Assembly: GCA_030698395.1 (NCBI GenBank)
Contig: JAUYKW010000001.1
Location: 93,735 to 157,734, forward strand
Origin: a bacterium
Lineage (GTDB): Bacteria; Patescibacteriota; Patescibacteriia; UBA9570
Reading direction: 5' to 3'
Length of the DNA: 64,000 bases
This document shows positions 10,856 through 20,066 of the stretch, one piece after another (position 1 is the first letter of the stretch; the number at the start of each line of letters is the position of its first letter). The notes beneath the pieces are model-generated. The model was given only the letters and a program-made list of their open reading frames with translations. It did no database searches and was not told the origin of the DNA. Position numbers and translations under genes: made by a program.

Positions 10856-11194
10856 TTATGTTACTCCACGAATGGGCTCGCCACCCAAAATATGTAGATG
10901 TAAATGTGGAACAGCTTGTCCTCCATTCGATCCATTATTTGCGATAACTTTATAGCCTGAATCAGCAATTTGAAAATCCTCAGTAACATTTTTTATTGCT
11001 AAAGCTAACACAGACATCACACCAAAATTATCCATTGTTAAATCATTAAAAGTAACAATATGTTCTTTGGGAATTGCCAATAAATGAACCTTTGCTTTCG
11101 GATTAATATCTTTAATCACAAATACTTGATCATTTTCAAAAACGATATCAGCGTCTGTTTTATGCTGAGCTATTGAACAAAAAATGCAATCCAT
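10856..11194 (-). CDS. HIT-family (histidine triad) nucleotide hydrolase
   Basis: HxHxHxx motif HLHLHILGG. N-terminal FCSIAQHK...VFENDQVFVIKDINPKAKVHLLAIPKEH. Confidence 0.85.
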   Translation of the reverse strand: MDCIFCSIAQHKTDADIVFENDQVFVIKDINPKAKVHLLAIPKEHIVTFNDLTMDNFGVMSVLALAIKNVTEDFQIADSGYKVIANNGSNGGQAVPHLHLHILGGEPIRGVT

Positions 11195-11203
11195 GAAAAA
11201 CTA

Positions 11204-12754
11204 CTACTTACTCTTTTTTTTGCCGGTGTCTTTATCCTGAGTAGTTTTTACCTCCTGATTCTGGTTTTGATTCTGGTTCTTATTTCTGTTTTGGTTGCCA
11301 GGTTTTCTTGGGTCTTCATTTTCTAATTCAACGGGTTCATCTTGCGGACCAATGACTTTTGGTATTAACTCATCTGGTTCTTTTTGTAATCGCTTCTTCA
11401 ATTCATCACTAATCTTTTTTATATCAATAATTTCTTGTGATCCACTTTCCATATCTCTCATAATAATCGTTCCATCAAGTAACTCTTTTTGCCCAATAAT
11501 CAAAGTAAATCTGGAACCAATTTTATTAGCTGCTTTTAACTGCGCTGATAGACTTCCTTTTACTAGGTTAGCTCTTACTTTAAAACCATCTCCACGTAAT
11601 CTCTCCATTAAGCCTAATGAATATTTCTGAGCACTCTTTCCTAGCTGAGCAAGAAAAACATCAGGAATATATGCTTCTGAAAATCCAATTCTATTTGCCT
11701 TCATTGCCAAGATCAAACGTTCAATTCCAATAGCAAAGCCACATGCTCCAGCTGGTTGCCCACCCAAAAGTTCAATTAATCCATCATATCGGCCACCACC
11801 AGCTAACGCAGACTGACTACCCTGTACTTCATTTTCATCATATAGTTCAAAAACAATATCATTATAATAGTCTAGACCACGCACCAAAGTTGGTTCAAGT
11901 ACATAAGGGATACCAATATCATCTAGATATTCTAAAACTGTAATAAAATAATTCTTTGAATCCTCAGATAACCAATCTACTATTTGTGGAGCTTCAGCAA
12001 TAACAAGTTGATCTTGTTCATCTTTGGAATCTAACACTCGTAATGGATTTTTTGTTAACCTTTTCTTTGATTCTTCAGATAATTTTCTGCGGTTGTTTTT
12101 TAAATAGCTTACCAATTCATTAATATACTGCTCTCTATCTTCTTCACTTCCAATGCTGTTAATTCGGACAGTAGAATTAACACCTAATTCTTTCAGTAAG
12201 CTATGAGCTACTACAATCAATTCTGCATCAATAATTGGTGCACGACCACCGATAATCTCACAATCAATCTGATTGAATTGTCGATATCTTCCTGCTTGAG
12301 GTCTATCGTGTCTAAATAATTGACCAGTTGTAAAAAGCTTCACTGGCTGAGTACGATTAAGCATGCCATGTTCAATATAGGCACGAGCAATTCCAGCTGT
12401 AAATTCTGGACGTAAAGAAACTTTGTCGCCAGACTTATCTTCAAAAACATACATTTCTTTATCTACTACATCCGTAGTTTGCCCTAGTGATTTTGAAAAT
12501 AAACTAGCAAACTCAAGAATGGGTGTATCGATACGCTGATAACTATATGATACAGCTATATCCTCAAGCGCCTTTTGTACTGCATGTCTATAATTCTGTT
12601 GTTCCGGTAAAATATCTTTCATCCCACGAAGCAACTTTACGGGCTGTCTTCGCTTTGATGCTGCTGTTGTATCAGCTGATTCATCAGCAGATTTCTTACT
12701 CTCAGTTTTTTTTGCGGGGGTAGTTTTTGGTTGCATATACAAATAATTAATCAA
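11204..12754 (-). CDS. hisS: Histidine--tRNA ligase with a basic N-terminal and a low-complexity NQ-rich C-terminal extension
   Basis: LRGMKDILPEQ...SLRPEFTAGIARAY...GGGRYDGL class-II HisRS motifs plus the C-terminal anticodon-binding region. Tail NQNRNKNQNQNQNQ. Confidence 0.9.
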   Translation of the reverse strand: MINYLYMQPKTTPAKKTESKKSADESADTTAASKRRQPVKLLRGMKDILPEQQNYRHAVQKALEDIAVSYSYQRIDTPILEFASLFSKSLGQTTDVVDKEMYVFEDKSGDKVSLRPEFTAGIARAYIEHGMLNRTQPVKLFTTGQLFRHDRPQAGRYRQFNQIDCEIIGGRAPIIDAELIVVAHSLLKELGVNSTVRINSIGSEEDREQYINELVSYLKNNRRKLSEESKKRLTKNPLRVLDSKDEQDQLVIAEAPQIVDWLSEDSKNYFITVLEYLDDIGIPYVLEPTLVRGLDYYNDIVFELYDENEVQGSQSALAGGGRYDGLIELLGGQPAGACGFAIGIERLILAMKANRIGFSEAYIPDVFLAQLGKSAQKYSLGLMERLRGDGFKVRANLVKGSLSAQLKAANKIGSRFTLIIGQKELLDGTIIMRDMESGSQEIIDIKKISDELKKRLQKEPDELIPKVIGPQDEPVELENEDPRKPGNQNRNKNQNQNQNQEVKTTQDKDTGKKKSK

Positions 12755-13299
12755 AATATAGCTAATCGATCAAATGGCCAAGCTCGGATCCAAACTCTAC
12801 CTATGAGATCATCATAAGTAATAGGTCCAAAACGACGAGAGTCATAACTAGCTGGCCGATTATCTCCTAAAATAAAATATTCCTTATCTTCTAATTTAAA
12901 ATGGCGCTTACCTGGCGCACTATCTGTAACAACAGAATCATCTAAATAGGCTGTTTCATCTAAATCAACACCGTTCAACACAATTTTACCATTAAGTATA
13001 TCTATTTCATCTCCTGGTATACCGATCACACGTTTTATAAAGAATTGTTTCGCATCACGAGGATCGTGTACAACAACCACCTCACCTCTTACTGGATCAT
13101 TAAATCTGTAAGACAACTCATCAATTATCAGATACTCGTAATCAGTATAGTTCGGCTCCATTGATGCACCCTTCACATAAAACGACTGAATTAAAAAATA
13201 CCGAATTGGAATTATGATAGCCAAAGAAATAACCACTACCTTAACAACCTCCCAAAAGAAAGATGCTGTTTGTGCCAAATATACCTTTTTTGTGTTCAT
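12751..13299 (-). CDS. lepB: Signal peptidase I
   Basis: N-terminal TM segment. Catalytic Ser box GASMEPN. Lys box KRVIGIPGD. FILGDNRPASYDSR. Confidence 0.85.
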   Translation of the reverse strand: MNTKKVYLAQTASFFWEVVKVVVISLAIIIPIRYFLIQSFYVKGASMEPNYTDYEYLIIDELSYRFNDPVRGEVVVVHDPRDAKQFFIKRVIGIPGDEIDILNGKIVLNGVDLDETAYLDDSVVTDSAPGKRHFKLEDKEYFILGDNRPASYDSRRFGPITYDDLIGRVWIRAWPFDRLAIF

Positions 13300-13748
13300 G
13301 CTGTTAGTACTTTATTAATCCGATCTAAAATGGCATCAAGTGTATGGTTGGATTTAACCAAATAATCTACTGCGCCCAATTCTTTACCTTTGTCTAGATC
13401 TATATCTTCACCGAGATTTGATAAAATTATAACCGGTATCTGATTAAAAGATTTGTGAGTTCTTAACCGTTTCAAGTACACAAAGCCATCTAATCTTGGC
13501 AATAAAATATCTAGCAATACTAAATCAGGTTTTTCTTTTTTTGTTTTTTGCCATCCCTCCTCACCTTGAATAGCAATTTTTACATCGTAACCACTGTCTA
13601 GTAAGCGCTCTTTTAAGATATTGCTTAAGGCCTGTTCATCCTCAATTAACAGAATCTTCTTCTTAGGCTCGTCTTTTGACGTGTCATCTGTACTTGCGAT
13701 CATAATTTTACCTCTGTACACCATACAAGATTTTCTTGAATTAATCAA
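13296..13748 (-). CDS. Stand-alone response-regulator receiver (CheY-like) protein. The true start is probably an internal Met.
   Basis: KILLIEDEQAL...DLVLLDILLPRLDG...VIILSNLGE...GAVDYLVK. Confidence 0.8.
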   Translation of the reverse strand: MINSRKSCMVYRGKIMIASTDDTSKDEPKKKILLIEDEQALSNILKERLLDSGYDVKIAIQGEEGWQKTKKEKPDLVLLDILLPRLDGFVYLKRLRTHKSFNQIPVIILSNLGEDIDLDKGKELGAVDYLVKSNHTLDAILDRINKVLTA

Positions 13749-13770
13749 GTCTTAGCTGTATAGTAGACTA

Positions 13771-15408
13771 ATGCCAAAAAATATTTCTGAAAACGAACAA
13801 AAACCGAAAAAAAATGCCTCTGCTAAAGCTAAAGATGCTAAGCCAGTAAGTAATAAAAGGTCCGTAAAACCAGTACGAGAGAGCAAAAAAGTACAAAAAA
13901 CTGATGATAAAATGGATGCTTCAGTAAAGGAAAGTATTGCTAAAACAAATCTGGAAATCGAAACTGGCACATCAGAACAACAGCGGAACGGTAAAACATG
14001 GATGACTTGGAAAAAAGGTGTAATAATCGGCATCCTTGGTATTGGCATTTTATTTGTAGGACTCTCATTAAACAAGATAATTTCAACCACGAAAAATATC
14101 ATTGATTCTGATAATCCAACACCCTTACTTGAACAATTGGGAATTATTATTGGTGGTGAAGATAGACCCTTAAGAGGTGAGAACGAAGACAGAATAAACG
14201 TATTATTATTAGGTATCGGTGGTGATGGTCATGCCGGAGGAACTCTTACTGATTCGATTATGATTGCTAGCTTTCAACCATCTACCAATCAAGTATCACT
14301 TCTATCATTACCTCGAGATTTAGTTGTCAAAATATATGATGATGAAAATCCAAAATTGTGGGAAGGTAGGAAAATTAATTTTGCATACGAATTAGGTGGA
14401 ATGAATTTAGCCAAAGAAAAGGTGACTGAAGTTACTGGGTTAGATTTACACTATTACGTATTAATAGATTTTGCTGGTTTTAGAAAATTAATAGATGACG
14501 TAGATGGCGTATCAATAGATATTGAACGATCTTTTACCGGATTATATGGAGCCAATGAATTAAGCTTACCCTGCCCTACTGCACAACTATACTATCTAAC
14601 TGATGGTGCTTATTGTGCAATACCATTTAAGAGAGGTGTAGAAACCATGGACGGAGAAACAGCTTTGATATTTTCTCGCATTAGAAAACTCGCACCAGGC
14701 TCACTTAATCCAGAAGAAGGATCGGATTTTGCGCGTGGACAACGTCAGCAAAAAATTCTAGAAAGTTTTAAAGAAAAAGTCTTATCGACAAATACCTTAC
14801 TTCATTTAGGCAGAGTAAACGACATCCTAGATAGTTTAGGCGATCACTTGGAAACAAATATGGAAATTTGGGAAATGATGAAATTTGCTGATCTAGTTTC
14901 TAATGTAAGTAACGAAGATATTATCTCTCGAGTTGTTGATGACTCTCCTCAAGGATTAGTTTATTCAAAAATATACGAACCTACAGGTGCATATGTATTA
15001 GTTCCGCAAGCTGGAGAATATAACTTTAGTGAAATAACTCTAATGGCAAAGAATGTTTTCGAAAATGCAGAAACTGCCAAGGAGCAATCAACACTACAAA
15101 TACTAAACGCAACAACTCAAAATGGACTTGCTGCACGCACAGCAGAGACTCTCCAAGCTTATGATGTGGATGTGATAGATGTAGGAAATGCGCCAGATCA
15201 AACAATGCCCACTACTAAAATATATGATTTGACCATGGGTGAAAAGAAGCTGACTCTTGACCTATTGTTAGAATTAGTAGATGGTACTGTAGCTTCAGAG
15301 CAACAAACAAACGAGTTACTAGAAACCGATCCTGACGAAGATTTCTTTGATTCCTCTGCAGATTTTATAATTATATTAGGTAATAATGTCTCTCAAACGT
15401 CCCCCTAA
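13771..15408 (+). CDS. LytR-CpsA-Psr (LCP) family cell-envelope phosphotransferase with a C-terminal LytR_C-like domain
   Basis: N-terminal TM segment. RINVLLLGIGGDGHAGGTLTDSIMIASFQP...SLLSLPRDLVV LCP core. Confidence 0.8.
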   Translation: MPKNISENEQKPKKNASAKAKDAKPVSNKRSVKPVRESKKVQKTDDKMDASVKESIAKTNLEIETGTSEQQRNGKTWMTWKKGVIIGILGIGILFVGLSLNKIISTTKNIIDSDNPTPLLEQLGIIIGGEDRPLRGENEDRINVLLLGIGGDGHAGGTLTDSIMIASFQPSTNQVSLLSLPRDLVVKIYDDENPKLWEGRKINFAYELGGMNLAKEKVTEVTGLDLHYYVLIDFAGFRKLIDDVDGVSIDIERSFTGLYGANELSLPCPTAQLYYLTDGAYCAIPFKRGVETMDGETALIFSRIRKLAPGSLNPEEGSDFARGQRQQKILESFKEKVLSTNTLLHLGRVNDILDSLGDHLETNMEIWEMMKFADLVSNVSNEDIISRVVDDSPQGLVYSKIYEPTGAYVLVPQAGEYNFSEITLMAKNVFENAETAKEQSTLQILNATTQNGLAARTAETLQAYDVDVIDVGNAPDQTMPTTKIYDLTMGEKKLTLDLLLELVDGTVASEQQTNELLETDPDEDFFDSSADFIIILGNNVSQTSP

Positions 15409-16777
15409 AATTGTCCTACTTGGCCGAACTAATGCTGGAAAATCAACTTTATTTAATAGATTGTCCGAGCATGGAAAAGCTATAGTATCATCAACCGAAA
15501 ATACAACTAGAGATCAAAATAGAGATTTTGTTTACTGGAAAGGTTCCATGTTTGAATTAATCGACACCGGTGGACTTGATACTGCAGCACTAGACCCTCT
15601 AGATAAAGAGATTCAAGACCAAGTAGCTAAAGCATTACTAGAGGCTAATCTCATCCTTTTTGTAGTTGATGGAAAATCAGATTTAATGCCACAAGATAAA
15701 GAAGTAAAAAAAATCTTAGCTGGAATAAAAAAGCCTGTTGTGCTCTGTATTAATAAAACAGATAACTTAAAAATTAAACAAAATGCTAAAGCTGAATTTT
15801 CCAGGTTGAACATTGAACCAACAGTAACAATTTCAGCCATCAATGGTATTGGTACAGCTGATTTACTTGATGAAATATTAAAGTTAATTCCCCATTATCC
15901 AGCACCGGAAGAATCAGAGGAAGATGACCTTCTGCATATTGCGCTTGTGGGAAGACCAAATGTAGGAAAATCATCTTTATTCAATGCATTAGTTGGTGAA
16001 GATCGTGTAATTGTAAGTGATATAGCACACACTACTCGTGATATAAATGATACAGATTTGGTATATAAAGATAATAAGATTAGATTAATAGACACCGCAG
16101 GAATTCGTAGAAAAAGTAAAGTTGGTGACTGGAACATGAAAGGTAAAAAAAATAAAGGCCTAGCAAATATTGAACGGCTTGGCGTACAAGCAACTCTGGC
16201 CAATGTTGAAAAATCAGATGTAGTAATATTGTTACTTGAAGCTCAAAAAAGAATATCTAGTCAGGATAAAACATTAGTTAGTCACTCAAAAAAACATGGT
16301 AAAGGTTTAATAATTGTAGTTAATAAATGGGATTTAATACCAGATAAAGATTCAACTACTATAAATGAGTTTCAAGATTATTATTCTGACAACTTAGAAT
16401 TTGCAAAGCATACACCAGTGCTATTTATATCTGCGCTTAACAAACAACGCACCACAAAAGTTCTGGATATGGCAATAGAAGTAAATGATGCTCGTTCATT
16501 TATGGCTCCTCAAGAAGATTTAAATGATGCCTTACGAGAAATACAAAAAAGGAATCCTACACAAAAAACAAGAGTGGGACGCAATCAACAGAGAGTTCCT
16601 CTTGTGTTAAAATCTTTAAAACAAACAGAAATTGATCCTCCAGTCTTTATATTAAAAACACCAAAACCTAAAGAAATAGCAGGAGCTGTATTTAGTCTGC
16701 TAGAAAAAGAAATTAGAAAACGATGTAATTACGATGGTGTTCCAATAAAAATCGAAGCACGAAGCAAAAAGAAATGA
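15386..16777 (+). CDS. der: Ribosome-biogenesis GTPase Der (EngA) with two G domains and a KH-like C-terminus
   Basis: Two P-loops, GRTNAGKSTLFN and GRPNVGKSSLFN. DTGG and DTAG. NKxD motifs. Confidence 0.9.
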   Translation: MSLKRPPKIVLLGRTNAGKSTLFNRLSEHGKAIVSSTENTTRDQNRDFVYWKGSMFELIDTGGLDTAALDPLDKEIQDQVAKALLEANLILFVVDGKSDLMPQDKEVKKILAGIKKPVVLCINKTDNLKIKQNAKAEFSRLNIEPTVTISAINGIGTADLLDEILKLIPHYPAPEESEEDDLLHIALVGRPNVGKSSLFNALVGEDRVIVSDIAHTTRDINDTDLVYKDNKIRLIDTAGIRRKSKVGDWNMKGKKNKGLANIERLGVQATLANVEKSDVVILLLEAQKRISSQDKTLVSHSKKHGKGLIIVVNKWDLIPDKDSTTINEFQDYYSDNLEFAKHTPVLFISALNKQRTTKVLDMAIEVNDARSFMAPQEDLNDALREIQKRNPTQKTRVGRNQQRVPLVLKSLKQTEIDPPVFILKTPKPKEIAGAVFSLLEKEIRKRCNYDGVPIKIEARSKKK

Positions 16778-17304
16778 AACTAATTATAGGCCTAGGTAAT
16801 CCAGGGGAAAAACATGCCAAAACTCGGCATAACATTGGCTTTCGCGTACTCGATTCTATTTGCGATGATTATTCTTTGATGGCAAAATGCTCTGCCCTTA
16901 TCTGTAAACAAGAAGATGTATTATATGCCAAACCACAAACGTTCATGAATCTATCTGGCGTAGCTGTAATTGCATTAATACAATATTATAAAATCGATTT
17001 AGCAGACATACTAGTTGTATATGATGATAAGGATATTAAATTCGGAGACGTTAGATTTCGCGAACAAGGTTCATCTGCTGGACATAACGGCATGAATTCT
17101 ATCATTGGTGTTTTAGGAACCAATGAATTTTCTAGAGTACGCATTGGTGTTGCACCAACCGACGAAGAAGCTGTCATTCATAATACTGCAGATTATGTAT
17201 TATCCAACTTTTCAAAAGATGAGGAAGCAGTATTATCAGATATTATTATAGAAGCAAAACAAAGCATTATTGAATTTGTAAATAAAAAACACTCAGTAAG
17301 CTAG
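16774..17304 (+). CDS. pth: Peptidyl-tRNA hydrolase
   Basis: MKLIIGLGNPGEKHAKTRHNIGF...DD..I.FG..R....G....GHNG. Confidence 0.9.
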   Translation: MKLIIGLGNPGEKHAKTRHNIGFRVLDSICDDYSLMAKCSALICKQEDVLYAKPQTFMNLSGVAVIALIQYYKIDLADILVVYDDKDIKFGDVRFREQGSSAGHNGMNSIIGVLGTNEFSRVRIGVAPTDEEAVIHNTADYVLSNFSKDEEAVLSDIIIEAKQSIIEFVNKKHSVS

Positions 17305-17385
17305 CCGTATGGGTGGGACTAGTTAGTCCGCTTGAGAATATCAGCTCGATTTAGGAGGAGTGGTCGGGCTGATAAAACCCATACA
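17305..17385 (+). ncRNA. Candidate small structured RNA or element (unclassified) in the convergent intergenic region after pth
   Basis: Closing stem GTATGGGT/ACCCATAC encloses two hairpins: GGACT-AGTT-AGTCC, and a 10-bp stem TATCAGCTCG/CGGGCTGATA with a 16-nt loop containing GGAGGAGTGG. The strand is ambiguous and no family was recognised. Confidence 0.2.
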
Positions 17386-17550
17386 ACTAGTTTGCTGAGT
17401 ATTTTGTGTAAGGAACGTACACTATTAAACGCGTAACTGAAGCATATTAGCAAATTGCCAGGTTTTGTCAAGCCCTAAGAGACGCTAGATTTCCACAATA
17501 TAATTGCTTTAAAACTAGCGTTTATCCTTTGTTTATTGAGTATAATGCTT

Positions 17551-17784
17551 CTAAATAACCCTTTTTACTCCACCTTTCTTAGTTAATTTCCATGTTCGAG
17601 ACGTCCTATTCCCCTTCTTGCCATATCTGGTGATGAATTTATTCTTGGCTGATTTCAACGTTAGCTTTAATGGAGAGAATTTCTTGTTCGGTAATGCGAA
17701 TGTTTTTACAACTTTCTTACTCAAACCATTGGACGGAGTTAATCTTAGAGTAACTACTCTTGCATTTTTCCGTCTAGCAGACAT
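17551..17784 (-). pseudogene. Detached Lys-rich C-terminal tail module of the upstream beta-helix adhesin-like gene. It becomes in-frame with 17798..19879 if the A7 tract (T7 on + at 17821..17827) loses one base.
   Basis: With one base removed the reading continues KVKKFYSAKAYESIFFMSARRKNARVVTLRLTPSNG. This aligns with the paralog tail KVLNFYAKKTDNDVLAVTRKGKVFKTTHFTLTKNG at 30038..32587. Confidence 0.5.
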
Positions 17785-17797
17785 AAAGAATATAGAT

Positions 17798-19879
17798 TCA
17801 TATGCTTTTGCAGAATAGAATTTTTTTAACTTTCATTCTGTAGTGTGTTCTATTTTCCGGTTTATTTTTGGCAATTCTTTTTTGAGACACTTTAACTCCG
17901 TCTACGTATACGCGAACCACTTTTCCGTTACTAACTATCAGTCGTTCGGCATCTACACTTAATTGATGTCTAAAATTCTTTCTACCATTAAATGGAGAGA
18001 TGGTTTGAGTTGAAGCATCTTCATAAGTTATGGTGATGTCTCCACCAGATTTAGTAGCATCTGTGATTGCTCCTGGATCTGCAGGTGTAACAGTTACTGT
18101 TCTAGTTCCAGTATCTGTGTTGTTGGAATCATCAGTTGCTGTATAAGTTACTGTATAGGTTCCAGGAGTGCTTGTATCTACTGGATTATTGGTGGTGACT
18201 GCCACAGAATCATCACAAGTGTCAGATGCAGTTGCTCCAGCATCGGTGTAAGTATCGCCTTCTGCTACTGTGACATCTGCACCAGATACTGTTAAAGTTG
18301 GATCTATTGTGTCAGATACTGTTACTGTTCTAGAAGCCGTCCCTTCATTATTATCATTATCTGTAGCTGAATAATTTATTGCATAATTTCCTGGAACAAA
18401 AACATCCAAAGCGCTGGAATCTACGCCAACATTAACACTTGTATCCCAATTATCAGACCCACTTGCACCAGCATCAGAATATGTAGTTGCACATTCATGA
18501 GTTAATGTACTACTGCCAGTTACGGTTACAACTGGAGCAGTTTGATCTAGTTCGTAGGCTCCGATGTCGCAAACAGAATTCTCTGGCCTTGCATAGCCCC
18601 TTTGATCAGTTGTCACTGATGCTGAACTGATATCAATACATATCCCAGCATCTACGGCAGGAGAAGTTGATTGTAATGCTATGGTATTTATTGATCCTCC
18701 GTTGTTTGCTAATCCTCCGGAATCCAATTGTGCATCAGTATTACTTAAATCATGACCTTGAGCAAAGCCACACGATGTTCCACTCTCTAAGTTATAATCC
18801 AACGATATAAGTGTTCCGCTACTAGAACAATTTTCATCCACTAGAGCACCCTCTATATTGGCATTTAAAATTGAACCATTAAAATACATTGAAGCTGATG
18901 CTAAACCACCTTCTTGAATAAATACACCTCCTCCTGATGATCCTGCAGTATTACCGCTAATTGTACTATGCGATATATCAAATCTATTAGACCATGCGGA
19001 ACCAGCGTTGCAGTAATTTCTGATACCTCCACCATCTGACGTTGCGGTATTACCAGTTATGGTTGTGTTCGTAATAGTTGATGTTGCCGTAGCACTACAG
19101 GTTGTTCCAATTCCACCACCATGCAAAGCTGTATTGCCTGAAATAGTTGAGTTATATACTTTGATATTCCAATTAGTATGAATTCCTCCACCTATACCAC
19201 TAGCACCAGCCTGGTTATCACTAATAGTTGAATTTGTAACAGTTAAAAATTCTCCAGCAGATGTATCATGAGAAATTCCTCCTCCATGTAAAGAAGCTGT
19301 ATTATTTGTAATTACCGTTCTATTAATGTCAGCTGTTCCAGTATTTGATGCCACACCACCTCCATAAGTTGCAGTGTTGTTCTCAATTATACTGTCATTA
19401 ACAGTTAGAATTCCATAAGATAGGATACCACCACCTGATGATGCAAAATTTCCACCAGTGATTGTCATATCATTAATTTCTAGCTCAGCACTTGGAGTTA
19501 CATCAAGTACTCGATCAATTGAGTTAGCATTAATAATTGTAGTGCCAGCACCAGCGCCATTGATAGTTAATAAGTTTCCCACGTCAAGAATATCTAAATC
19601 ACCTGTTGCATTAGAATCTTCACCAGATCCAGCCATAGATAATGTATAAGTCCCCGCAGATAATGTAATAACATCGTCAAAAGCATTATTGATATTTGCA
19701 GCTGAAATCGCCTCTCGCAACGAGCAGTCTTCAATATCACACGAACCGGGAATTGGATCATCAGTCCTAGTTACAACATATGTTTTAGGAGAACCTACGG
19801 CAGCCTGAACATTAAGAGTAAATCCAAACAAAAAAGATATGGATAACACTGCTATTAAATATATGTTTAATCTTTTCAT
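17798..19879 (-). CDS. Secreted parallel beta-helix (Pmp/CSLREA-type) adhesin-like protein with Ig/HYR-like domains. The C-terminal tail is split off by a homopolymer frameshift.
   Basis: Signal peptide MKRLNIYLIAVLSISFLFGFTLNVQA. CSLREA motif (DCSLREAISAAN). Repeated NNTA..GGGI beta-helix rungs. Two TH.CATTYSD...TVTVSD Ig-like repeats. Confidence 0.75.
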   Translation of the reverse strand: MKRLNIYLIAVLSISFLFGFTLNVQAAVGSPKTYVVTRTDDPIPGSCDIEDCSLREAISAANINNAFDDVITLSAGTYTLSMAGSGEDSNATGDLDILDVGNLLTINGAGAGTTIINANSIDRVLDVTPSAELEINDMTITGGNFASSGGGILSYGILTVNDSIIENNTATYGGGVASNTGTADINRTVITNNTASLHGGGISHDTSAGEFLTVTNSTISDNQAGASGIGGGIHTNWNIKVYNSTISGNTALHGGGIGTTCSATATSTITNTTITGNTATSDGGGIRNYCNAGSAWSNRFDISHSTISGNTAGSSGGGVFIQEGGLASASMYFNGSILNANIEGALVDENCSSSGTLISLDYNLESGTSCGFAQGHDLSNTDAQLDSGGLANNGGSINTIALQSTSPAVDAGICIDISSASVTTDQRGYARPENSVCDIGAYELDQTAPVVTVTGSSTLTHECATTYSDAGASGSDNWDTSVNVGVDSSALDVFVPGNYAINYSATDNDNNEGTASRTVTVSDTIDPTLTVSGADVTVAEGDTYTDAGATASDTCDDSVAVTTNNPVDTSTPGTYTVTYTATDDSNNTDTGTRTVTVTPADPGAITDATKSGGDITITYEDASTQTISPFNGRKNFRHQLSVDAERLIVSNGKVVRVYVDGVKVSQKRIAKNKPENRTHYRMKVKKILFCKSI

Positions 19880-20066
19880 TTTTTTTCCTTAAGATTTAAA
19901 ATCGTAATGCTGAATATTCTCCTAAATAAGCTATTATCTTTATATTCTCGATAATGAATCAAACATAAAGCAACAGCAACCTAATGCATTATACACTTTT
20001 TTTAGTTAAAATCAAAATTAACATACCCCTACACTTTGCATTATTTCCTATATATGATAATATTTT

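Noticed and set aside
13752-14102. 116-aa minus-strand ORF overlapping the start of the LCP gene
   Set aside because: It overlaps the LCP-family N-terminus on the opposite strand. Phe-rich translation typical of an antisense A-rich region.
17305-17550. RNase P RNA or SRP RNA in the gap after pth
   Set aside because: The region is too short for RNase P, and the P4 (AGGAAAGUCCGGGCUCC / ACAGAANCCGGCUUA) and SRP domain-IV (GGAA...AGCAG) motifs are absent on both strands.
17618-17818. Plus-strand 66-aa ORF
   Set aside because: It competes with minus-strand ORF 17551..17784, which shows clear homology to the paralogous adhesin tail. The plus ORF has none.
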